DNA of 64,000 nucleotides, from positions 4,257,556-4,321,555 of the forward strand of contig CAJINV010000005.1 of assembly GCA_905178155.1 (NCBI GenBank), given 5' to 3'. How positions within the stretch are numbered: the stretch's first letter is position 1; every line of letters starts with the position of its first letter. Of this stretch, positions 1-13,156 are shown piece by piece. The notes below the pieces were generated by a model, which did not search any database, was not told the origin of the DNA, and saw only the letters and a program-made list of their open reading frames with translations. Source of the DNA: Amoebophrya sp. A120. Its lineage: Eukaryota; Protista; Dinoflagellata. Position numbers and translations under genes: made by a program.

Positions 1-690
1 TGTTGGCCCTGTGGCTGTGGATTCTGTTTGATCGCACATGCTGATACTAATAAATATACCCCCTTTTCTGGCACACACAGCTGGTAGGAAGTGTGGAAAG
101 AGCGCATGCCTCAGCAGGATCGCCGTCTCTATGAGTTAGAGAAAATTCTATATCTTTCAGTGATTGTCATACCTTTCCGTAATTTTTAAAAGCCTTACCC
201 AATGTCCTCGGATGCGCACGAAGTCGGGACAGTGGCTGCCGTGTGCGGTGGTATCTCTGCCGCAAGATTGATCGTTGTCCGTTGCGCCTGCGGTCGATCC
301 ACGAAATGCATACGGCTGCGGCCATGTCCTCAGGAAAAACATCCCCTCCACCCCCGAGTCGAAATGGGAACCCTGCAGCACAAATTTACGGGATTTGAGA
401 GTAACGCGCGACAACTTTGCCCTTGTATTCTAGTGCAGGTTAGCTTTAGCAAGGAGAAGGACAGCCGCATGATCACACACAATATTCTTAGATATTCTTA
501 TTCTGTTTACAGCACTACAAATGGAAACGCCAAGCCACGATTGCAAACGCCTCTCCTGGGGATGCGCATTCCTGTAGTTGCAAAGAAACCTGCGTGACAA
601 CTTCGGGGTGTAGTTTATGTGCTGGAATAGACCAAAATAAAGCACAGAGAAACTTAAACTTTCAGGAAAGGGAGGTGGGGCCGTGTTTGC

Positions 691-2890
691 TCAGGGTAGG
701 CCAAACGGGCGAGTCCTGTTCTTGAAGACCATCGCGTGTGTGGGTTGTGTGTCGTCGCGTACATTTTCTCGTAGTGGTGCAGTTTGCTGGGCACGAGACC
801 CGGTATTTCCGGGCGCCGCGGTGGCGCCGAAGAATGTCACGCTGCTAGGTTGTTCTTCCTGGTGCTGCAGCTGCTGCAGTTGCACCGGAAGAAAAAGCTT
901 GTTTTCGCAGTGGGGATCCCGTCCTCGTTCCGGCGTCTTCGAAAAGAACATCCGTTCCACCGCGGTAGAGACGATAGTGGTCGTTGTCGCGACAGGAGCA
1001 CCTCCGCCCGGCGGCGCAGGAGGGGCCCCTGCTGAAATAAGAACCGGAGGATGAAGATCCCCCGGTAGACAAGCTACACTTGGATCCGGGGTGGACTCTG
1101 CTTGCTCTGGTCCATTCCCAGTCGCCAGACCCCGAACATTACCTTCGGTTGTACTTAAATTCGCTGCGGACATTGCATTAGTACCTCCGGCGGGCGGAAC
1201 CGGAAGCGGACCGCAGCCAACTGCATTACCTCCGGTGCCACTGGATGCAGTGCCGGCACCTTTGTTCAGCAGCAAGGCACCTGCGGCTGTCCGAAAAGTG
1301 GTCTGTGCGTGTCCGCCTCCGCCTGCGAGCTTTAGGGCCGATCGCATACTGCAGTGAAGAGTGCCCCCAACCCGGAACTTGCAAAAGTTAAAGTTTGTTA
1401 TTGTGCCGCAAGGTTTCCAAATAAAAAAATCCAAAACTGTTTGTCTTGCTAATCCGACCGCTGCCATAAAATTTTTGTCGTCTACTTGCGTGACAGGATG
1501 AAATCGATTGATTACCGATGAGTTGTTTTTTTGATGCAGAGTCTAGGCGAGTGCTGAGGCACTTTTTACATAACAGAAGGGCAGACTGTTATATATTGGG
1601 CCCTTTTGCAACGATCTTTCGCTGTGTGCGATCGTCATACACGCAGCATGGCGCGCCCAGTAGGAAGTTTTGCAATGCAAATCAATGCCGCCAGCAAGTT
1701 TTTGATGGGTGGGGGCACTTTTCAATGTGATATCGATGCCCGAACAGCGAGCGTGGCGACCCGGGGCGCGCGGCCAGCGCGCGGGTGCGCTGCAGCCGTA
1801 TGCATTGCGAATACGTCTGGGCCAACAAGCATGACAAGTTTTTACATAATAATTTAGAGCGCTTCCTTTCCACGCACAAATCGCGCTTCACAGATTGCGT
1901 TTTTACATGTCTATGGCACATCAACAAGCTGCACTTTTGTCGATACAGACTGTCCACGAGTGCCCGACAACCGTGACAAGCTCCACTTCTTCAAGTTCAA
2001 TCAGACGCAGACATATTAATTTGCACTGCATAAGCCGTGGGTCCGTACTATTTTCCGTTAACTTGCGCGTCGCATCTGGCACCGGGGGACCGCGGCGATG
2101 CGCAGAAAACAGCTGCTGCATCAGCACACCGCTGCCGACCTTGATGCCAGTTTTGGAAGCATTGCTCGTCGTCGCATTCGGATGGTTATCACCGTTAGCC
2201 GCAACTAAACCGGCTCCCGATCCAGACGAGGATGAAGCCGAAAAGGACGCCCCGCGCTTGCGCGCCACGCTTGCCAAGCGCTGCTGGTCCCATACCCCCC
2301 CGAATCCATCAAACCGCCTGCTTTCGTCCATTATGTGTGTAGTATCCATAAGGTGGACGACGTGTAGCGCTAGCACATTGAATTTCCATGGACCTCAAGA
2401 CACTGCTCTGTTCCGCTTCGGCTTCAGAAGGCATATGCACGACAAGCACTACACCTCGTTAAGTAGACATGTTGATGTCGTGACTATCGCGACCACAATT
2501 TTCAAACGCAAGGAAATGCGACCACACTCTTTGCTGCTTCTGACATTCTTGCGCTAGCTCTAGAACTAGCCCGTCACTACTCAATCATACATCTTTACAA
2601 AAAAAAAAGCCTTCTGCACAGAAAGGCAGCTTGCTTACGTTGTGGATCGGCGGGAACTTCTTCTTCGCCCAATGAAGAACAGGCCGCACACTTCTCACGG
2701 GAACACAACAGCAATCGAAGCCAGGAAGTGCGCAAGCCTCGTGCGCCGAACCCTGCTCAAGAAGGAGTTGGTCCACCAGCGAAAATGAATCTGTACGTAC
2801 AAGTCGTCTTAAAAATGTAGTGAGCAATACATGATCAACTATTCTGATGTCGTCAAAAAACATCACATGTTCAACCTTGGAAGGTTCCAA
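691..2890 (-). CDS. Hypothetical multi-exon protein; exon structure and ends uncertain
   Basis: Co-oriented GC-rich minus ORFs 691-1467, 1921-2376 and 2585-2890 separated by AT-richer spacers; no family recognised. Confidence 0.35.
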
Positions 2891-3281
2891 CTAAAAACAT
2901 GATCTGACACTGCAACGCTTGATAAAAGACTTCTGCATCCCGCAGCTATGTTGATATTCAAGAGAGTGCGGAGAAATAGAAAATTAGAGTGGAATGGGTA
3001 AAAGACAAACAAGTGACATTGCTGATGCGTTTGAAGAACTCCGTGTAGTTGCTCTCAACAACTCGTGGTTGTAGCGGCCCTACAACATGAGTAGTACTAG
3101 ATAGTGTGTATCTACTTATTGCATTTATTTCTGGTGCTGTAGAAAAGGATTCCAAAATCGGTGATTGGACTGGCTTCCCTTGCAAATTCTCTGAGGCCGT
3201 ACGCTACGTCTACCGGCCTGGTCGCTGATGTTAAGTACTACATCTGAAAAAGCCATTTCCCCATACATGGCGTTGGCTCCT

Positions 3282-4000
3282 CACGGTGAATTCTCCCCCG
3301 GAGCACCGGAGGCAACGTTCGCCCGAATTGCGGCTTTCCGCTGTGCCTTGCGAGATTGCAGAAGCTTCTCCACCTCCATTCCTTGGAAGTCCCTGAACGC
3401 CTTCGGATATCCAAGAGAGAGAGATAGTGCGCTAGTGTTGTCAAAAAAATCTGTAGTCGTGCTAATATCTTCGCCGACGATGTTAAAAAAGCCTTCCGCT
3501 TTCTTGCACCCGGCCCCGGCGTCACGCCGAACTCCATGCTTTCTGTGTTCCTCTTACCTAGAAGGTGCTTATTTCATAGTTAGATACATGCGTGCCATAC
3601 GTCTACGTGCACGAGCTTTGACGTCGTAGCCCGCATGAGAAAGAATAAGAACCTTTTTGACTGCATGATGCGGATACTACCGCACTAAGACACTCTACTT
3701 CTACTTCTTCTTGGATATCGAAGTCAGGTCAGATACCGGCACGGAAGATCCGGAACTGCCCATCCCCGGGGACAGACTAGTCATAGCGTAGGACTCGAGC
3801 AGACTCATCCCCTGCAGCCCGCGCCCCCGGGCGTCCGCAACAAACGCAGCGAAGGACTCTGGAGAAAGTGATGTGGTGAAACACTCCGGGTGGTGGCTCA
3901 GGAGCGCCTGTGTCAGGTCCCCGACGGTCACACAGGGTACCTCAGCCAGCGTGGTCGACCCATCTACGGCCGCCTCGTATCGTACGGAAAAATGTTCCTC
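3282..4000 (-). CDS. Hypothetical coding fragments (possibly a small gene or part of a repeat element)
   Basis: Minus ORF 3701-3931 and an open minus frame ending at 3282 (KHGVRRDAG...GENSP*); no motif recognised. Confidence 0.2.
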
Positions 4001-4192
4001 ATCCCTGCTTGGTACGTACCTAGAGAAATCATAGCACAGCTTTCTAGATGAAGACTGGGGTCAGTGAGAAGAGCCTCTCGCTCTTCGTGTCTCTTGTAGA
4101 AGTGCTACTGCATCATGAATATATATAGACGCGGAATCGACGGAAATTGCCCGAAAGCACTGAAATCGTGAAGCACTTTATCACTCCCCGCG

Positions 4193-4377
4193 TACCCTTA
4201 CCCGAAACCACTCCAGCGATACCCTTACCCGAAACCACTCCAGCGATACCCTTACCCGAAACCACTCCAGCGATACCCTTACCCGAAACCACTCCCGCGA
4301 TACCCTTACCCGAAACCACTCCCGCGATACCCTTACCCGAAACCACTCCAGCGATACCCTTACCCGAAACCACTCCA
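4193..4377. repeat. 27-bp minisatellite, about 7 copies (TACCCTTACCCGAAACCACTCCAGCGA)
   Basis: Directly visible tandem array, followed by shorter GTTTCCCG and GTCTCCCGGTCT arrays to about 4460. Confidence 0.95.
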
Positions 4378-4591
4378 CCGGTTTCCCGGTTTCCCGGCTT
4401 CCCGGTTTCCCGGTCTGTCTCCCGGTCTGTCTCCCGGTCTGTCTCCCGGTCTGTCTCCCGGCTGCCCGGTTTCTCGGGCTTTCAGTCTTCCAGCTTCCCA
4501 GCTTCCCAGCCTCCTAGGCTCCCAGTCTCTCAGCTTTTCTGTCTCCCACCCTCCCAGTCTTCAAGCGTCTCACCGCGTCGCGTGGCTTTCA

Positions 4592-5132
4592 AACTGTTCG
4601 CAGATAGAGAAAGAGGCCCCACAACAGACACGCGAAAACACGGAAGAAAATGGGCGCCCCTACTCGTGTGAGCCCCCGGCCTCTCCCCGTTCCCCACCCA
4701 ATCTTTTTAGCTATTCAGCTGCAGGCGTCGCCACAGCCATCCCCGGCGCCCGGGTTCTTTCCTCATTTTCCCTGTTGTCCGATTTTTTTGCCCTGGTCTT
4801 CCCCGGCTGCCCAGTCTTTTTAGCTATCCGACTGCATTCGTCACCACATCCCTTCCCGCCCCCCCCGTCCCGCTGGCACTCTTCCAGCCCCGCAGGTGCC
4901 AGCTTCCCGGTCTCCCGGCCTCCCAGTTTCCCAGTCTCCGACCCCCTAGCCCCCCAGTCTGCCAGTTTCCCAGACTCCCAGCGCCCCAGACTCCCAATCC
5001 CCGAGCCGCCCACTCTCCCACTCTCCTCGTCTCGCCGTCTCCTCGTCTCTTCCCGTTTCTCCCAGTGTCGAACTGTTCGCACATAGAGAAAGAGGTCCCG
5101 CAACAGACACAAGAAAACACGGAAGCAAATGG
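4592..5132. repeat. About 60-bp imperfect direct repeat (4592-4652 and 5071-5132) in a pyrimidine-skewed low-complexity tract
   Basis: AACTGTTCGCA.ATAGAGAAAGAGG.CCC.CAACAGACAC..GAAAACACGGAAG.AAATGG occurs twice, with a partial third copy near 5143. Confidence 0.85.
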
Positions 5133-6001
5133 ATGCCGGAATCTGTTCGCACATAGAGAGGGAGGCGGCGCGAACGCCCTCCCGTTCTTTCTAGGCAAAA
5201 GCTTCAACAAAGCTCCCCAGAAAGTTCCGCCGCGGAAAATATGACGCGCGCCATCATGATCATCAAACGGACAAAGTTCTCCAAATAAACGCACGAGCCA
5301 AGACCCACAAAACGGCCCACACCTTTAGAGAAATAAGATCGACAAACAACGACCCGCCAAGCTCAACAGCGTTCCAGATCAGGTCCAAAATTACCCGCCA
5401 GAGCTCCCTCCAAGAATATATCTGGCCAAGAACAGAGCGGCCGCGCCTCGAATGTCATCAACACACCCAGGACCCCACTGGCTAGCTAAAACAGGCACCA
5501 GGTCGCAGACTGACCCCCCCGCGTCGCTTCGTTTGCAAGTCGCATGGTTTTAGGATATAGCGCGCGCGCGTTTTATATAATACCCCACTCCTCTCACCCT
5601 GCAAACAGTTTGCCGCCCTCTTTGCAACGTAGTAAACATGCCTGCCTCTTTGCAACGTAGTAAACACCCGCTTGCCCCCCCTGTACCCTTTTCCCCCGTC
5701 CTCCCCTTCTAGTTCTGCTTTTTTCCCCCCGGTGCTCTCGATTTCACCTCAGGGTGCAGATTCCTTCCCCCTGGCTAGTATCTATTTACTTTCCACACAT
5801 TATGCGCCAATAGGTGTGGACGAGTATCTCCTGTTGTTCACGCGCTTTACATACTCACGCGCTTGCTGTTCACGAGCTTTACTTTACTACTTCCACCAAC
5901 AGCTCAGCACAAACACAACATACTTTAATGTCAGTTTCTTTACGAACACACCGGTACATAACATACACATTTATTCGTGATCATCCTAGAAGGTACTTAC
6001 A

Positions 6002-9000
6002 TTAACTAAGTGGTAGCACGGGATCGAGGTTTCGACGCGGTTTTGTTCCATGCCATACTTTTTCCTGCGGCGTGAGCGCCCGGTCTTGAATCGGAACCGG
6101 ACCGCCTGTGTTACTGGCTAGATCCGCTGGATTCGCGGTGATCTGCTTTGCCAGCTGGGTCGCCATTCCTGGCCGGAAGCCAGCAGCGAGGAGTGCGTGT
6201 TCCGTCTCCCTCTGCTTCACCGCCGCGGCTGGCGCAGCCGACATAACTTCATATTCACTAACGGCTTCCTCGTCCGCTTGAGGACGTGTCGGCTCTTCCA
6301 GTTGTGTGCGCGACGGTGGACCGCTGCGCTCCCCCTCGCCCAATGGGGCCGCTTTCATGTCAGTGTCCTTCTTCTTTCCCTCTGCGGCTCGTGCCAGCGA
6401 GGGGGCCGTCGGTGGTGGACCACGACTAGCATCGTTGACGACTTTCCTCTCTACAACCGGGTCAGAACGAGGACTCGGCGTCCACATGCCCAGCGTGGCG
6501 ACGCGGCCGAGCGCGGTGAGAAATCGCTGCGTCGCAGCTCCTCCCGTCGGCCCCGCGGCGCCGCCTTCCGCGACGGCGCGCGTGAGCAGTAGGGGGGACC
6601 GCTTCTGGTGGGCGGGCGGCCCTTCGCCCTGGTTGGTAGTCGCCGCCAGTAAGCTCTGCTTCTCCGGCCGCGAAAGACTCTTCTTGTCGCGGAAGGCCTT
6701 CGCGAATACCCTCACCGTCGCCGCGGTTTCGGGAGTGCCGAACAGTGGGGCTGCTGTGAGAACTCCATGATTCCACCGAACGTTCTTCCGCTATCAAACG
6801 GAAAAGCAACAGTGCCCCAACCAGTCGAACCCAATACATGTGCTGAAAAAGTTCGCTCGCCTCCTGCTCTATTAGTCTACTTCTTAAGACTTCTAGCTAC
6901 AACAACATCTCCTTCTTCCTAAGGACTTCTTGCAAGGAGGGAAAATGGTTCTTATCTTGAACAAACTTCTAGGTGCGCAGCAGTGCAGCTTTCACAAGAA
7001 GATCCTGCGGGATGATCCGCAACAAGATCGACATACGTATCCTTGCGATGAAAAGAGGCATCTTCTTCTTCATGCAAGCCGATATTAAATAGATATTTTT
7101 AAGTACGACAATTTTTGAGAAGCTTCGTCTCTTCTCGGGGCGCTGCGCTTTTCGTTTTGGTATCCGCTTCTTCGCTTTCAGAAGCGTTTTCTGGAAGGCG
7201 TATACCGGTTGGGCTCGCTCGGCTGCGCCCAGTGCCTCTTCGCCCAACGGGACGGCGCCCGCCTGCAGATCTACGAACAGCGTGTTGCAGAGAAACTGGT
7301 CCCGGGCCGTATGCAGGTGCAGGCTCTCCACCTCCCCGCGCTCGGCACTGAAGGTCTTCTGCAGGAAGCCGGAGGTGAGCAGCGCCTTCTCGATCCCCTC
7401 ATCCTGATTCTGCGGACTGGGGCCCCGCAGCCGCCGCGTCTCCGCTTGCAGCCGCCGATGCACGGCCGGAGCGAGCGTCGTCGCCCCCTTCGGTGTGAAA
7501 CCGGACTCGCAGAGGGCGTCCTCCACGTCCTCGACCGTGAACTGCAGCAGCGGCCCGGCCTCCAGCTTGGTCCTGGCCGTGTCCGCGCGACGGCGCGCCT
7601 TCACTTGGCGCAAAAACCCACGTAAAGCGGCCACCGTGGCCGAGGCGTCGGCAGTGGAACTCGTCGAGCCGTCACTATTTACAAAAAACCCTAAGCTCTT
7701 CAGCGCCACCAAGTCCTCCTCGTGCCCGTCCTTCCTGTGGCTTCGGAAGCTGCATTCGCGGGGGTGCAGCAGCAGCTCCTCGCCCGCGACACCGGGGTCC
7801 ACCACCTGTGCGGCCAGGTCCCGTGCGTAATTCTTGGAGAGGTGAAACTCGTCGTGAAGCACCCGCTCGGTACTAGTCCGCACGCGGTCGAGCAGCTGTG
7901 CCCGCAGGGTGCCCACCCTCCCGTCCGGGGTCAGCCCCGCTTTCAGCAGCAGGGCCCTCTCGTCCTGCTGCTCTCGTCCGTCGGATCCAGCTCCCTGGCT
8001 ATAATCGGGGCCGGCTGCGGGCTGCACCAGAGCCGCACTGTCCGTCTCATACGGATTCGTGGCCTGCCGCGCCATCGCCTTGGCGTACGCGGCGGAGAAG
8101 CCGTTGCTCCGCAGCGCCTCCTCGACTTCGTCTGCCCGAAGCAGGCGGGCCACCGCTTCGCCCAGGAGGACGTCGGCGGAGTCCTCCTGTTCCCCTGACC
8201 GAGGGGTTGGCGGCGCGAACAGAGGCGGACTGGCGGGCTCCATGATGCACGAGGCGGCGACGCAGCAGAGTACACCCGCGGCGAGCAAAGTGACCAGCAC
8301 GATCCAGACCACGGCACCGCAGCACCCCGCGGCGCCATCGTTCCCCGTAATAGGGGGCTCGGGAGTCGAAGATCCGGGGGTCGGTGGGCTCTGAATAAGT
8401 CCGAACGTCGTTTTGTTCTCCTTCTCCAGTCGCTCTATATACTTTCGCCTGTCGAACGCTGACCGCAAAACCGGGCGTTCCCGGACGAGATTCCCGCCGC
8501 CACCCAGGGGAGGCACCGTGGAAGTCGACATAGGTGTTGATGTTGACGAGGCGGCTGTTATTGCATGTAATTCTCTTTCTCCCCCCACGCGCAAACAGAC
8601 TTGTATACTTTTACTTTGTGGTACGCGCAGACGGCCGTGAGTAAAGCTCAGTAGACTCCGGTTGGAATCAATCCTTTTAGTTTTTTTTTCTAATCAAATT
8701 AATTGCTTGACCTTCAGCAATGAATTGTCGCATCTTCACTCTGAAGCAATTGCTGTATAATGAGCTTGCCTAGTGCGACTCCACTACTTTCACGATGTGA
8801 CGACTTCACTACTTTCATTCTCGTCGTCCATGCATATATTCCAACTTGATCGCTTGTTGCCTTTGGCTGTTCCGTGATTCATGCAAAAATCGTCGTCGGA
8901 GCGCGTCTACCCACTTTACTACTGTCTGCAGCGACGAACCCAGAGAAAATTGAAATGAGGAGCGCATTCCGTGTGCCCGTGGGGAAAGAATTAAAACCAC

Positions 9001-12000
9001 TAAATTTTCGTTGGATATGAGACGTGGACGACGTTCCTGCTTCCGTAGCGGCCACAGTGCTGGTCGCGATCGTGCTCCTGGAAGTTGTACTTATGGCCGA
9101 CGTTGTCACTGCTTCCACTTCCACAAGCTTCTGGGGTGCCCGCGTCGGCAGCACTGTGGTCGGAAGGACTGTGGTGGAAGTCATAGCTCTTGTCGTGTTC
9201 GGACGCAACATGGCCGTTGCAGTACTGGTCATGGAGGTGGACGTCGACGACGTCGCTGCAGAAGTTGTCCCATCTCTGACCGTAGTCAACCTCGTACTAC
9301 TTTGCGCGCTCGTTGTCGTGCTGCGACGAGTGGTAGACCTAGTAGTTGTGGTGCTGGTTCTAGAAGCAGTGGTAGAAGTTATTGTGGACGTAGTTGTCGG
9401 GGTGGAACTTGTGGAAGTCGTGGGGGTTGTCGTGGTAGAACTTGTTACCAAGGTAGCCGCCGTAAAAGAGGTTGTGGGGGAGGGTGTGGGAGGGGTCAGA
9501 GGGGTTGTCGACGTAGTGGCTCCTGTTGTAGAAGTTGTAATTATCCGATTTCTCGTCCTGGGCGTTGTCGCGAGCGTCGTGGTCGTGGTGGTCGATCGGG
9601 TGGTCCGCGATGCGGTCGTGGTCCCACGGGGGGTGGTTGTTCCCGTTGTTGTGCTAGTCGTGCGCGAGGTAGTCGTGGTTGTGGTGCTCGTGGTTGCTCT
9701 GGTTGTGCTCGAAGTTGTGCTGGTGGACGTCCTCATACTTTCTACCGGGGGCAGCGTTGTTGTGGTCGTCATCGTGACCTCGCAAAATTCGTCGTCATCC
9801 AGCACGTCTCCAAAAGTCCTGTTCTGCGCAGTTGCCGAATCCCCCGCGAAGAGAAAGTGCCTGGGCTCCGGCACGCCATCGCTCAACCAGTAGTCCGGCT
9901 GGCCGCGGTAGCGAAAAATGTCTTGACCCAGCGGGGTCTTCTCCAAGGGCCGACGGTAGACGCCGTGGTCGTCCTGGGGCATACCGTCCAGGTCCACGTG
10001 AAGCCGAAATTGGTCGAACGACCGCTCCAAATTGGCATACAGGTTGTCTCGAAATCGCCCCGGGTCACACCGCTCCTGCCGGGTGCCGTACGCCGGACAA
10101 CGGCTCTTTTTATACTGCTCGGCGGTACTACTTGTACTAGTGTGCTCCGACGTTCTTGCTCGTTCTGAAGATGCTGCGCTTGGCTGCGTGTTGAGCCGAC
10201 GGTGTACGAGCTGCGCACGAAAATCCGGCAAACAGCGAATCTGTGCGAAGCTGCTACCCGTAGCCGCACTAGCGTCCGCGCACAGGACGCCTGCGGGGCC
10301 GCCGCCGTTGCCCACCTCGACCCGGACGCAGGCCGTGAGCCGCTCCTGGCGCGTGAAGGGATCCCGAAACCGCGTCCACACGACAACCGGCGGCGCGGCG
10401 GACGTGCTGCCCTGCGTCGTCCCGTCGGGCGCTGGGGAAGTAGCCGTGCGGGTGCGCAGTAGAACTCCACCGCCCGCGGGTGCAGATCCAGATTCTGGCG
10501 GCAGGAAGTTCGTAGCTCCATCCGGGCGCGGCAAACTCCGCCAGTACTGCGAGATGGCTTCCGTGATAGCGTCCTCGTCCTCGGCGCCGAGCCGCGTGAC
10601 GTGTCCCCCGTGCATGCGCGCGACGCGCTCGAAGAACGGCTGGTGCTGCGCCCAAAGCTGCTGGTCCCGCTTGCTGGCGGACGGGAGAATCACGTACACG
10701 GACAGCGACACGCCAAACCGGGGCGCGAACAGCCGCTGGAAGAGCTGGAGCCGGCTCTCCTCGCGGTCGGGGTCGTCGGTGGCGTAGGTGTCCGCGGCGT
10801 CCGTGATCAGCAGCACCTGGGCGCTGCAGAACTCGGGCACGGCGAGGCACTCGGTTGGCGGCGGCGGCTGCGCAGGGCGGAGCGGCACCGCGGAGGCGAC
10901 CACCTGCTGCAAGCGGTGCGGCTTGTCATACTCCGCCCGCAACGGCGCCGGCAGCACCCCCACGGTGGCCACCAGCATCGCCAGCCCGACCGCCCACTCC
11001 GGCTCCGTGTGCCCGTCGGGCTCGATCGCTTCCAAAAACCGCTTGGCCCGGGCAATCTTGAACCGGGTGGCCACGGTCAACTCGAACGAGGAGAAAAGCA
11101 CGGCGTTGTTCCAGACCACCAGACAGAACCGGTCCACGTGCACGTGCAAGCCGTCCAGCACGTTGTACACCGCCCGCTTGGCCGCCCGCCAGCGGTGGTC
11201 CTCAACCATCGAGTACGAGATGTCTAATCCAGTGCAAATATCCCTGGATGTCTGGAAGAATCCATGCCAGATTTGTCTCATGCATCTCGCGGACGCGCAC
11301 ATTGACATTGACATTGTCATTGTCTGAAATTAATAATAAACACAGACGGAATGATCAGAAGCACCATTGATTTCTTTGCGAGACCTTCTTGAACCGTATC
11401 CCGCTTGAAAAGTTTCCGTCTCTTGCATAAACAAGAAGTGGGCAAGAATTTCTTGGGCTTCGTTTTTTTGTGTTTGTGATTGTGATTGAGACTTTGCATG
11501 ACAAGCTGTATGTGTATCCTTCCAGAGGGCCCAGCCAACATATTAATTTACAAAGCATATGTCCAGGGCGATCACCACATTCTTCGGCTGGTTCTGCATC
11601 TGCGTGTTCACGTACCACGCAGCGTTGCGAAAGTCCAGCGCAGCGGACTGAAGGGCCCCCACCGCGTCCACCGCGTCCCCGTCGGACGCGACGCGCGAAA
11701 GTGCACGCGCTGAAGTGGCTTCGGCTTTTCCCTTCGAGTCGTAGATTTTTAAGGCGGAAGTCCGAGCACTTCTCCTTGTACTGGAGGCAGATAAAAATGA
11801 ACCCACGGGCGGGCTCCCTCGTGCAGCACTGCTCCGACGAGTCGTACCACCAGCAGAAGTCCTTGCCGTCCTACTAGATGTTGATGAAAAGCTTGTATTA
11901 ACATTTGGCGTTGTAGTGAAAATAGTTCTACTGTCATCGCCTCGTTGGTCATCTCCAACGTAGTCATGATTCCGCCGGTCCTGTGTGCCTACGGACAACC

Positions 12001-13156
12001 CTTGCGTTTCGATCAAGGACGAAAAGTCAGCTTGGTCGTCCCCGCTATCATCTTGGACCTCGGGCGCTTTTGCTGCAGCCACCGTGGGAAATTGGACGTG
12101 TGTGCCAGTCCGCTCCAAGGTAAAGCTCACAAAGGCAACGTACTCCTTTCCCAGCGTGCCCAAATTTCTCCACCAGTAGTCGTGCTCTTCCACAAAAAGC
12201 TTTTGGACTTCGCGCACTACGCACGCCTCGCTTTGGCTCTCCCGCCGGGCCACATCCTTCGGAAGCGAGGACGCGGCTTGCACGAGAGCACCCGTGGGCG
12301 GCGACGTGTGGGAACCCCTGAAAACGGCAGACTTGGTGAAGCTCACCTGGGTGTCGCTCCACTCGCGGACCCCGGGGCGGCAGCGCGCACCACCGCGACA
12401 GGCGCCGTCAACGGTGTCAAACTCCACGGGGGAGGAACCACAATCTGCGTTTAATTCATCGAGAGGGAACGCTTCCACTTTCTCCCGTAAGGCACGCACG
12501 TAGTCTTCGGTCGCGTCGAACACCGCGGCTGCGGTCTCATAGATGGAAACCCGCTCTACTTCCGTCCGAGACAACTTTTTGTGATGTTCCTCGGTGCTCT
12601 GTGCGGTCGTTGATAGGAGAAAACTCACATCTTCCCCGGCTCGTCCTGGAGTAGATCTCTTCTGCTCGGAAACCGCTGCTTCGGTGGCACTCAACTCGTC
12701 CAAGATGACCGGGTGCCCCGAGCTCGGTGCGGGAGTGCCAACGACAGTGTCGATGTTGCTCCGGGCGCTTGTTTTCCGCCGCAAAGACAGCAACGGCGCT
12801 TGGAGCCGAGGCCTATCGAAGTGAGATGATGTAACCGGCGAAATGCTTGCTGCACTTGAGGCGCGGCCACTGGTTCCAACAAAATCGCCTGCCTCAGGCG
12901 TACCAGTGGACTCGACGGGCGCAGCGCGTTCCCCTATTGGCACCCCCGTCGCATGCTCGGAGCCGACCTCTCTGGTGGCTTCATTTGAGGGGAAAAATTG
13001 CGGGCCGTCTACGGTCCGCACCCGTTTCCGCCGGCCGCGGAGACCCGTGCCGGTCTTCAGCAGCGCCTGCGTCGCAACCGCGTTGGTGTTCGGCGACCCG
13101 CTGCAGAGAATGAGCACCTGTAGACTGGCAAAGCGTTGGAGTAGGCAGAGCAACAT
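6002..13156 (-). CDS. Putative surface protein: alpha2delta-like vWA domain, Thr-rich mucin stalk, TM helix, long C-terminal tail
   Basis: Removing the element at 11226-11559 gives WYVNTQMQNQPKNVVIALDISYSM (vWA MIDAS DxSxS). Thr-rich tract 9050-9770; hydrophobic GAVVWIVLVTLLAAGVLCCVAA near 8260-8320. ORFs 6969 and 6002 join in frame across element 6792-7162. The 8590-9000 junction is unresolved, so this could be two genes. Confidence 0.6.
6792..7162. mobile_element. TIR introner (D-like), TSD TCCGC
   Basis: TATCAAACGGAAAAGC...GCTTTTCGTTTTGGTA; removal gives KAKKRKNVRW in frame. Confidence 0.8.
11226..11559. mobile_element. Degenerate family-A TIR introner, TSD TGTCT/TGTCC
   Basis: Decayed GTCTGGAAG...CTTCCAG TIR core; removal restores ALDISYSM. 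Confidence 0.8.

Noticed and set aside
4147-4671. Plus-strand LPETTPAIP-repeat protein, and a telomere-like reading of the same array
   Set aside because: The open frame follows from a 27-bp unit lacking stops (minus frames are open too). The unit is not a clean CCCTAAA or CCCTAA telomeric repeat.
9011-11327. Long plus-strand ORFs (385, 289 and 251 aa and others)
   Set aside because: Antisense shadows of the GC-rich, Thr-rich minus-strand gene; the same applies to plus ORFs over the other genes.
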